In this document: one piece after another, positions 1 to 10,091 of the stretch | How the letters are laid out: each line of letters starts with the position of its first letter | Numbering within the stretch: position 1 is the stretch's first letter | From: Octopus sinensis | Taxonomy: Eukaryota | Direction: 5' to 3' | DNA: 64,000 nucleotides | Assembly (NCBI RefSeq): GCF_006345805.1 | Contig: NC_043007.1 | Span: 31,186,001 to 31,250,000, forward strand | Made by a program: the position numbers and the translations under genes | Notes under the pieces: model-generated | Database searches by the model: none | Seen by the model: the letters and a program-made list of their open reading frames with translations, nothing else | What the model was told of the DNA's origin: nothing

Positions 1-345
1 GCTAACCAACCACATGGTCCCAGGTCAGTCCCACTGCGTGGCACCTTGGGCAAGTGTCTTCTGCTATAGCCCCGGGCCGACCAATGCCTTGTGAGTGGAT
101 TTGGTAGACGGAAACTGAAAGAAGCCTGTCGTATATATGTATGTGTGTGTCCGTGTTTGTCCCCCTAGCATTGCTTGACAACCGATGCTGGTGTGTTTAT
201 GTCCCCGTCACTTAGCGGTTCGGCAAAAGAGACCGATAGAATAAGTACTGGGCTTACAAAGAATAAGTCCCAGGGTCGATTTGCTCGACTAAAGGCGGTG
301 CCCCAGCATGGCCGCAGTCAAATGACTGAAACAAGTAAAAGAGTA
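1..345 (+). mobile_element. tRNA-derived SINE, local family A (head cut by the window edge)
   Basis: Same ~350-450 bp sequence recurs about 20 times: head ggagtggctgtgtggtaag...ggttcagtccc, central (TA)n/(TG)n, tail gactgaaacaagtaaaagagta. Confidence 0.85.
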
Positions 346-1284
346 TAATGAAATTATTGTATACAGTGCTCCGGTGCACCACAACTTGTCAAAAGTGCAT
401 ATAAAGCATATGCAGCAATGTAGAAATGCCTGGAAAGCGAACAGTGTATGAGTCAGGTACATACTTGCGTGTGTATGGAGGGGAGAAAATCAGGTGTAGT
501 GTTGGTGAATCTCAGGAAGCATGGAAGTTTTGAAGGATGCAGTGCTCCGACAACTAACAACCGACGCCGGCAGTTTGTAAATGTAAAGCAAAAGCATAGA
601 ATAATAATAATAATAAATTACTCCATTCCAACCTGGCCCATCAACTTACTTTCATCCTTTCGTCCTTGATGTAATTGAGGAACACCCACACGCAAATTTC
701 CAAACTTTGTGACTTTAATAGAAAGAATTTACCAGAAACTGTAGTTCTTTAACTCGCAAATATAAAAGCACTCTCCTCCTGATTGCACATCTTTTGATAG
801 AAGACACCGTGTAGGTTCTTCTTTTATTTTGGGGACACAGGGCACCTAAAACTCCACGTTTTCTGGTACATTGCTCTTCTTTTGTGCCATTGTAGCACTG
901 AATTGAGATTCCACAAGTGTTCACCATAAAAATAGTAGATTGTCAATTTAACGGGAAACATGTTTCTTTATTGGCCACGCGGGGCTAAACACAGAAGGGA
1001 CAAAATACAAAGTAGAGTTTTTCTTTTTGGGAAGAAGGAGAAAAAAAGGGGGGCGAATTCTAATCAAAAGGGATAGTGAAACAGAAAAAAAAAAAAATTC
1101 CTATAGCAAGTTTGTCCAGTCTGTTGAGTTACGTCCCTTGCCAAACGCTTGACCTTATTTTATCTTAAAAGGATTCTCCCTAAAAAATAAAAAAAAGCAT
1201 AAAATTCTATTTCTGTTTAAATAATTTGTTTTCTTTTATATGGAACCTCTGCCGAACATGAAAGAATTGGCATTCATCAACATC

Positions 1285-1638
1285 AGGAGTGGCTGTGTGG
1301 TAAGTAGCTTGTTTACCAACCACACGGTTCCGGGTTCAGTCCCACTGCGTGGCATCTTGGGCAAGTGGATTTGGTAGACAGAAACTGAAAGAAGCCTGTC
1401 GTATATATGTATATATATATATATGTGTGTGTGTGTTTGTCCCCCTAGCATTGCTTGACAACCGATGCTGGTGTGTTTACGTCCCCGTCACCTAGCGGTT
1501 CGGCTAAAGAGACCGATAGAATAAGTACTGGGCTTACAAATAATAAGTCCCGGGGTCGATTTGCTCGACTAAAGGCGGTGCTCCAGCATGGCCGCAGTCA
1601 AATGACTGAAACAAGTAAAAGAGAGTAAAAAGAGAGTA
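1285..1638 (+). mobile_element. SINE family A, copy with an internal deletion
   Basis: A-box/B-box-like head and family A body and tail. Confidence 0.85.
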
Positions 1639-3737
1639 TTCCTTTGTAGAATAAAAGAATACAGAAATAAACGAGATGTGGTTTATGTTGAGTTATCTAC
1701 CTTTATTCTGAAACTTTAAAATGAAAGTTGGTCGCATCTAGAAACATTTTTCCGGGAAAAGGAAATTCAACGTTTACACTCCCTTAATAGCAGCAGCGAA
1801 ACTAATAAGTGATTTTCTTGGAATTTTATATGTGAATCGCCCGTTATTTCGTTAACATTTAAATTATCAGTAAAACTTCGGAAGCAGGAGTGAAAGAAAA
1901 CTTAGATAAATTACTTTTTGAAGACATTTTTTTAGGGCGATTTTTACGAGATTTATGAAGAAACAGTAAATGAATTACAAAATAAAACGAGATTGAATAT
2001 AGATATTCAGGTCGTGCGATGGACTGGCGTCCCGTCCAGTTGGGGGAGGGGGGAAGACATACGCCACAGAAACCGGGCCCACGAGCCTGGCTTGGCTTGA
2101 AAAGGGCTAGAAAAAATTATTTTAAATACCTATATATCAATGCAAAACTAATATCCTTAGTTCTCACTGAAAACTAGTAAAAACCGGAGAACTAGGATGC
2201 TAGCATCCCTTAAAAGGATTCCAGGTCCTTGACACAATTAAATGTGTTTGGAGAAATTAAAATTATTTTCAAAATAGCAAATTCTGTTTGTTTTTCTTTC
2301 GTTTAAATTGTTAAAATGAAGCAAATAAATATAATTACGAATATCGAGTCCTTAAATCAGTGGTTCTGAAACGGGGGTCCATATAAGTCTTTATTTATTT
2401 TTTTTGGGGGGGGGGGTCCACGCAACAAAATAGTAAATTTGTGGACCCACAATAGTATTTTAAGGGCCTCTGAAAAAACTTTTGCTTTAGATGTATGTAT
2501 TGCAAGAAACAGCTAGGTTTCTTTCTCTAACATTTGACATAGATTCAACCTAAACATTAGTTTTTTTAACACCGAATGGCTATGGGACGTCTACCAGAAT
2601 AGGTGTTGATAAAAAAAAGTTCATTATCGTAATGTAAAAATAAAGTTTATCTTTAAAACACAAACAGAATTCGAAATATTGGCAAAAATAACACAATTTA
2701 TTTAATAAACAAATGATTATAATAGACAATCAAGAAAATAATTAGGGTTTTCTTACATAGATTGGAATTGTTGAAATCAATAGCTAAAGAAATGGATATA
2801 AATTGATTTTAGAAACATTGTGATGTTGATAGAATGGTCAAACTAAAGCGTTCGACCCGGTCATAAAAACAAAAAAATAGTGTAATAGGTGTAAAACAAC
2901 TTGTTCTAAACTATTATCAAGATCACACACACACACAAAGAGAAATGGTTGGTTGAAGGCAAGTGTGCATTGAACTGAATTTAAATAAGCAAGAAAGATG
3001 TTATCAAAGAAAAGGCCATAGCACCATCTTTAGTATTTGTTGTTGTTATTATTATTGAGTTGAATGTGTGTGGTGAAGTTATTAATATCAATATCAATAG
3101 ATTAAACAACACCATTTAAGTGAAATAATAGTTTCTGTACTTTTGGTTTGGCACTGAATTGAATCTAAGACTATACAAGTCAGCAGAAAAAGAGAAAAAG
3201 AAAAATGCAATATCCATAACAGTAAAGAAATAAGACCTCCCCCAAACAGTAACCCTTGTGTTTAAAAACTCCCTAACAAAAAGAAGAGAGGTTGTTTGGC
3301 TATGGACTACATTGATCTTTCCATGTTGTGGTTTAGCTAAAAAGTTCGCTCAAATCAAGTAAAATTATGAACCAAAGGTAAGCCTAGCCGTGACCACCTC
3401 AATGGTTCTCTTTCTTTTTGTCAGACATGGCTGTGTGGTTAAGATGGTTTCGAGTTCAGTTCCACTGCATGGCACTTTCGGCAAGTGCCTTCTACTCTAC
3501 CTGACCCCAGTGAGAGGATTTGGTAGATAGAAACTGTGGAAGTCTGTTGTATGTGTGTGTGTGTCTTTGTACCTCACCCTCACTACTTGACAACTGGCAT
3601 TGGTTTGTTTACATCCCTGTAACTAAGCAGTTCAGCAAAAAAGTCCAACAGAATTAATCAGTTATAAAAAATTAAACATTTGTGATTAGTAATAGTCATG
3701 ATGTAAGTTTTGAAAGGTTTCCATTTACAACTTAGAT

Positions 3738-3743
3738 TTTATT
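3738..3743 (-). terminator. Candidate polyadenylation signal AATAAA for TRPT1
   Basis: TTTATT on the + strand, ~120 nt past the TRPT1 stop. Positional inference only. Confidence 0.45.
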
Positions 3744-3863
3744 TTGTATCGTATAAACAGACAAGGAAAATATTTTGAAAAGATTTTCTTTTATATATAA
3801 TTAGCAAAGCAAAGCTATCTATTCCATCGTAAATGTTGAACTGCCCCAAAATATAATTTTTTT

Positions 3864-4907
3864 TCAGTTTAAAAGTTGACCTGTCTTTCGATTTATAACA
3901 CAACGGAAGAATTCAGGATGAATTATACCATTCTGGTCTCCTTTGCTTAATATCACCCTATTCTCCGAAAGGAAAAATTTAATTCCACATAAAATGGCTT
4001 TTTCCAAGTCGATAAAAATGCTTATTACGCTGGAATTGCGCATACCGCTGATGACACCAGAATCCTCTGGCATACCTGAAGCAAAATGTATGTATGCGCG
4101 GTTCATTTTCTTTAGGCCTTCCCAACGAATGAATTGCCAAGCATCGTACGTGGTTCCGTGAACCACTGTAGGAAAATGTTCCGGATTTAAAATTGGCTCC
4201 AAACGAAGATTTACGTCTACTGAATGTCCCTGAGTAGCTCGTATCATGTAATATCCATTATCATCTTTTTTAACAGCAAATCGCTGCTTGTCATTACTTC
4301 TTACGATATGCAAAACATCTGACAATCCCAGATTACGGTATCTCCACGTTTTTAAAATATCATTAATGTATATATATCCTTCTTCGGTCATTTGCAGTTT
4401 CGAATCTTTCTTTGGGTGACGCAAAATAAAAGAGAGATACTTTGAAATAGCAACAACATCCTGATCAGGTCTATACGGAGGATGTCTTTGTTGGTTCTGA
4501 TCAGATCTATACGGATGAGGTCTTCGTTGCTGCCTATTTTGGTAATCGCATGTTTCAAATTGGTTCTGATCAGGTCCATACGGATAAGGTCTTTGTTGGT
4601 TCTGATCAGGTCTATACGGATGAGGTCTTTGTTGGTTCTGATCAGGTCTATACGGATGAGGTCTTCGTTGGTTCTGATCAGATCTATACGGATGAGGTCT
4701 TCGTTGCTGCCTATTTTGGTAATCGCATGTTTCAAATTGGTTCTGATCAGGTCCATACGGATAAGGTCTTTGTTGGTTCCTATTTTGGTTACCGCAATCC
4801 GATCTCTTAGCTCGGTGCTCATTGACATACCCGGAAGTTTTATCGCATTGATAATAGCTTTCATTGACAGAACGACCTGAATGTCTCCTTTCTTCCCTAT
4901 CGTCCAT
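3864..4907 (-). CDS. TRPT1: tRNA 2'-phosphotransferase 1 (Tpt1/KptA family), 347 aa, CDS without introns
   Basis: Open frame from ATG 4907 (MDDREERR) to TGA 3864. Tpt1 motifs: SKYLSFILRH, NDKQRF, IRATQGHS, VHGTT, GLKKMNRAYIHFA, SGMR, FFLSENRVILSKG. The Arg-His-Arg-Arg catalytic set (LRH, KQRF, MNR) is present. The 13 extra upstream codons in the ORF track begin at a non-ATG codon. Confidence 0.95.
   Translation of the reverse strand: MDDREERRHSGRSVNESYYQCDKTSGYVNEHRAKRSDCGNQNRNQQRPYPYGPDQNQFETCDYQNRQQRRPHPYRSDQNQRRPHPYRPDQNQQRPHPYRPDQNQQRPYPYGPDQNQFETCDYQNRQQRRPHPYRSDQNQQRHPPYRPDQDVVAISKYLSFILRHPKKDSKLQMTEEGYIYINDILKTWRYRNLGLSDVLHIVRSNDKQRFAVKKDDNGYYMIRATQGHSVDVNLRLEPILNPEHFPTVVHGTTYDAWQFIRWEGLKKMNRAYIHFASGMPEDSGVISGMRNSSVISIFIDLEKAILCGIKFFLSENRVILSKGDQNGIIHPEFFRCVINRKTGQLLN
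4461..4778 (-). repeat. Coding tandem repeat in the TRPT1 N-terminus (residues 44-149): 36-nt units NQ(Q/R)RP(H/Y)PY(R/G)PDQ plus a duplicated 105-nt higher-order block
   Basis: Read directly from the translation and DNA (ttctgatcaggtctatacggatgaggtc units on the + strand). Confidence 0.95.
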
Positions 4908-5539
4908 AATGGCGCAGATAAGTTTCACTACTTTCACTTTTAACAACGCGAAGGAATTAATATTATAACAGCAATAAAATCATTAAAAAATACAAGAAAT
5001 CAATTATATTTTGTAATGAATGTCAATCTGAAGTGATTATAAAGTAGTTAATCAAGTCTATACTACCATTTAAACTTCGCACGCAGCCTAAGTCTTTCAA
5101 AGTTTACAGCACGGTGAAGTAGAGAAGTTGATCAACTGAAGTGTTGAGTCACTCGCCTGTTGAGTGTGACTCAAGGCTGATTCTGGTCACATGACACAAA
5201 CAAGCTGGAAGTGAAGTTATCAGCCTTGAGTGTAACTCTTTGGTGTATGATCCTGGTCTCTCAAAGTTTTATGTTATCAGCCTTGAGTGTAACTCTTTGG
5301 TGTATGATTCTAAACAAGCTGTAAAGTGAAGTTACTGGCCTTGAGTGTAACTCTTTGGTGTACGACCCTGGTCACATGACACAAACAAGCTGAAAGCGAA
5401 GCGAAAGAGAGAGAGAGAGGGAGAGAAAGAAAGAGAGAGAGGGAGAGAGAGAGAGAAAGAAAGAGACAGAGGGAGAGAGTGAGGGGGAGGAGAGAGGTGC
5501 GCATCGTTGGTCTCCGTGTTTATCTCTCATGCCTGAAGG
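4908..5539. promoter_or_regulatory. Shared bidirectional promoter and 5' UTRs of TRPT1 and VPS39
   Basis: Divergent start codons ~630 bp apart. Contains two GTCACATGAC (5186-5195, 5371-5380), an inverted TGAGTCA/TGACTCA pair (5144-5174), a triplicated 36-bp module and a GA-rich tract (~5405-5497). Confidence 0.75.
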
Positions 5540-5618
5540 ATGCCTTGTGCCTACGAAGCCGTTCCAATACTGGAAAAACTCCCATTACAAATCCAAATCG
5601 GATCTATCGCATGCTACG
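5540..5618 (+). CDS. VPS39: VPS39 exon 1: [26 protein letters not shown]
   Basis: Matches the N-terminus [18 protein letters not shown]; donor G|GTAGGA, phase 1. Confidence 0.85.
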
Positions 5619-7442
5619 GTAGGAACAGAACTTCCATTTATCCCTTTCTTTCGAAGCCAAACCCCTTTTTACTTCCCGTTCCATCGGGTTCTTCTCCTCC
5701 TCTTCAGATTTCCCATGGAATGTCGCAGTTTTATTTTAAAAGGCGACGAGATAATTCCTCTCCTCCGTTTCTTTTATATATATTTACACCTCAACTTGCT
5801 CAACACTTTCTGTGATTCTTCATTTCATTTACCATTTTTCTTTTGTTATCGTTTATTGTGACATTGAACCAGGCTTCCGTCCATCCTTTCCGGACTGAGT
5901 TCGGGCTGGGAGTGCCTTTCCCCGCACACCACCTCCGAAGCCATCCATAAAAGCCGAGGGTACCTGCTACAACAACGCCTTTGATGAATGAAAAAGGCTC
6001 AAAGCGTGCGAGAATTAATTACAAAATACACTTAATTAGCTCCACGACATATTATTCTTTTTTCCATAATGAAGAAGCAGTGAGTCTGTGGCAAATATTT
6101 CATGTGACGGAACTTATCAAGCTGAAGTCATTTATTTCTTTGAAGCGACCGAAGTCCGTGTTGTTATTTAATTTATAAGTACAGTACATGTATTGGGGGG
6201 TTGTTTAAATCCTTGGTACTACTTGAGAACAGTGGTCCCGGTGCGCGCACTCGCCTAGTCGCGCATCCGCGCTAGCTAGTCGTGACTAGTCGAGTCTACA
6301 ACGACTCCCCTAGCAAAGTAAATAAAACACAAAATAAATAATTTTTTTTACACAAAGTAAATAACACAAAAACACAAAGTAAGGATCGACTAGTCATGAC
6401 TAGCTAGCGCGACTACGCGAGTGCGCGCACCGGGACCACTGTTCTCAAGTAGTACCCATGTATTGGGGTTGTTTAAATCCTTTATAAGTTCTCCCTTAAC
6501 AATTGATAGGTTTATAGCAACGTGACATATCATTATTTGGGCGATTGAAATGATAAGTGGTTGAGTATCTCGCTTCTCTGTAATTTGTCTTTCCAGTTTC
6601 TCCGTTTAATTTACACCGTTATCAACTCCGCCTTTTGTCACTTTGGGTCGATAATGCCAGAAACCTGAAATTTAGGCCGGTCTGAAGCGAAATCCACCAC
6701 AGACTTGCTTCTATTATATTCGAAATGCTTTGTTTTTCTATAGTTGTTGAGAAGACCACATCGGAATGTTACCCGTTATCACGGGACTTGCATCCCATTC
6801 ATTCAATTCCAGCTCTTGAAGATATTCTTGCAAGTTTGGAGACATTAACATCTTTGTCAATAAACATTCAGTTGCCCTCTCTGTTCCTTTAAAAACTTGT
6901 CTTGCTTTTCGCCTGAAGAACTTCAGAAGTTTGTCGCAACAACACAGAAAGGAGACTGTCATTTAGGAAATTGTTAGTCTGGGTAGACGAACATTATAAC
7001 TTTTATTCTTAATGAGATAAGATATTGAACTATTTAACACCTGTACCAAATATTTTGGGTGTTTTACCTTTCTCAAGTTTTTCTTATGATTCGAATTGCA
7101 TCGGGTCTACACAACACGTTAATTTGATTCAGTTTCTTAAACAGTTTTTGTCGAGAGACGAGCATTTATATTCTTCGATACAAGAACAAGTTATTAAATA
7201 TAACATGTAAGGCTGACATAATGTTTTGGGCGACAATATTATATACCCATGTATGTTATTTATTAACGAGACACTGTGTTTTATATATAAAATAAGCTGG
7301 ATATCCTAATATATATTACACCTACTCGTTTCGCCATAATGTAGCACTTCAGGCAACACGAAGATCCATTGTTCTACCTACACACATATATATACATACA
7401 TACATACATACATACATGCACACATACATACATATATATATA

Positions 7443-7499
<57 letters not shown>

Positions 7500-10030
7500 A
7501 GAGTTTACGAAAAAAACAAGAGACAGGTGGTGTACAAAACAAACAGATGTATTAGTATAACGCTCAGGAATAGAAAAAATCTTTGACGTTTCGAGCCTAC
7601 GCTCTTCTACAGAAAGGGACACAGAAAGAAACAAAGAGAGAAAAAAAATGTGTGTAGTGGCTAACGATATATATAGGTAATCCCGCCCCTTTTTACAAAA
7701 TTGACCTCGTCTTAAACACTTATTGCTGGTGATTGGAAACTCATCGAACACCAAGTACTAGTTGTGTGTTGGAGATTGTTAGATGAATCATGATGATTCC
7801 AAGAGCATAGAATAGAGAATTCTTTTGAAAAACTACTTTTATTATTGTTACACTGGTTGATAGTATAGAAACGGTTTGGACAGTTTTTCATCATAATCGT
7901 ATTCATTGCATTTAAACACTTCCAATCGTAACCAATGAGTCTAAATGCTTTATATGTCCAATCTTTTTCCCTATGTATGTTTGGAAATTCATTCTCTTAT
8001 CATTTCTGCCGATTTTCGTGTTGTTCTGAATTAAATTTGAACGCATTTGTTGCTGTTAGACAGAGACAGTAACTTTCATCAAATCATCGATACGTATTCA
8101 ATGCAAATCGATATAACGAGAGAGCCTCTGAAATGACAACCTATCGTTTTCAGTAAAAAAGAAGTCCATTAGGCCATGTAGTCCTTCATATACAGAAGGT
8201 GGAATGGTTAAAGGTAGAACACCTTTCATATCTAAACAACAGCCGAGCGAGCATCAGCATGGTCGTCCGACCTGCTAGAAATAGCAGTCAAGTCTAACTC
8301 ATATCATACACTTCTGTCTTGGGAAAATAGATAATACGGTTTTGCATACTCCAAAGACGACGGGTGGTCATGGCTGGCATGTTTTTTGATAATTAGTCAG
8401 CTCGGTTAGGACTGACCTTGGGCTAATAAAATACAACCTCAATCTATGCAAATCTTACTATTTAGATATTGTATTCTGTATAACAGAACATAACCATAGA
8501 TTTTTGGCAAACTCTGTGTATACAACATGTAGAAGACTTTAACTTTATCTACAAAATCTTCGTGTACAGAAAAAGTGGGGCCACCCTGATTACTTTCGAT
8601 CCTGTAGTTGAATCCCATCAGTTATTGAATATAGTCTGACTACGGAGACTGGTTATGAAACCCACTCGTTTTTAGATATCGGGGGAGGGCAAGTTGCGGT
8701 TTTGCTGTTCGATTAATAAATTACTGGCATTTTGTTCCTATACTGTTTGTGGTGCAAGAATATAATTATTATTTAGAGTGTAGTTGGTCGAGATAAGCAC
8801 ATTGGTGGCACTTGGTACCTTCACACATCCTGTGGTATTTTTAACAACTTATTCAAGCCAGAGTTATTTCTCTTCACTTCCGTCTCTTGGACAATCGTTC
8901 CAGAGTGTATAAGATGTATATGAAGTTATACCTGTTTCTTTACTACCCACAAGGGGCTAAACACAGAGGGGACAAACAAGGACAGACAAAGGGATTAAGT
9001 CGATTATATCGACCCCAGTGCGTAACTGGTATTTATTTAATCAACCCCGAAAGGATGAAAGGCAAAGTCGACCTCGGCGGAATTTGAACTCAGAACGTAG
9101 CGGCAGACGAAATACCGCTAAGCATTTCGCCCGGCCTGCTAAGGGTTCTGCTTCACCCTATTTCTAAGTGGTTGCTCGATTTTGGTGGTGCTACTGCACT
9201 CAAAATCTCCCCCATTCTACACTATCTAAAAAAGTGGGACACATTCAACTGTCCTGTCCGGCCGGGCTACGCTGTCTGAATAAAAGACGGGGTGGTCACG
9301 ACTGGATTGTTTTTGATCATGTTTGCTTAACTAGTGCCTGACCTTGGCTTAAACAACACCAACAAAACCTCTGTCTACATAAAGGTAATGTCCGGGACAA
9401 ATCGCCTGACATGTTAGAAGTAGCAGACAGATTTATGGGAAACCACGCCCAACTCTGTTTATTTTCATTTTTTCTTTAAAAAAAAAAAAGGGGACACATT
9501 GCACAATGAGGCCAATTTGTTGATCGTGGTTAGAGTACCTTTGATCATAGGGCCGGGTCAACTAGATCTAGCTGATCAGGGGGTTGGGTAGAACGGATAA
9601 ACAAACGAGCACTTCCTGCCTTCCTTTTTCTTTCTTTCTTTCGTTCTTTTCTTTCTTTCCCTCCAAATAAAGTTTGTTTAATGTTGATAATTGAACTGAA
9701 AGGGATGGCTGGATGGAGGTGGAATCACATGAAATCGTTGTCGTTGCCTCTCCTATGTCTAATGACTCATCACCACAGAAGCTCTTCGCTGTCGAGTTCC
9801 GTCACATTTTCTGCTCCGTCGTAATATTTACATAATTTTGTCTGTGGCTGCTTAGAGCCGAGTTTGTTTGTTTTTCTTTAAACCTCACTTCTGTCTGAAT
9901 TTCTGTTGGTAGTAAACATTGCATTATTTTCCCTTCAAGTACAAATTTTAGTGTGACAGAAAAACTTTTCCTCGATTTTATATATATATATACTCTAGGT
10001 ATGGTAGATGATATCCTTGTTGCTTATTTT

Positions 10031-10091
<61 letters not shown>

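Noticed and set aside
4388-4880. Overlapping ORFs 4388-4864 (-), 4482-4880 (+) and 4550-4810 (+)
   Set aside because: Alternative-frame and antisense shadows of the TRPT1 coding repeat.
4908-4946. 13-codon N-terminal extension of TRPT1 in the ORF track (MLKVKVV...)
   Set aside because: It starts at a non-ATG codon; the first ATG is at 4907.
7900-7980. Minus-strand peptide [19 protein letters not shown], faintly like a kinase KA1/AMPK tail
   Set aside because: Short, no splice signals, surrounded by stops; a Penelope remnant explains it at least as well.
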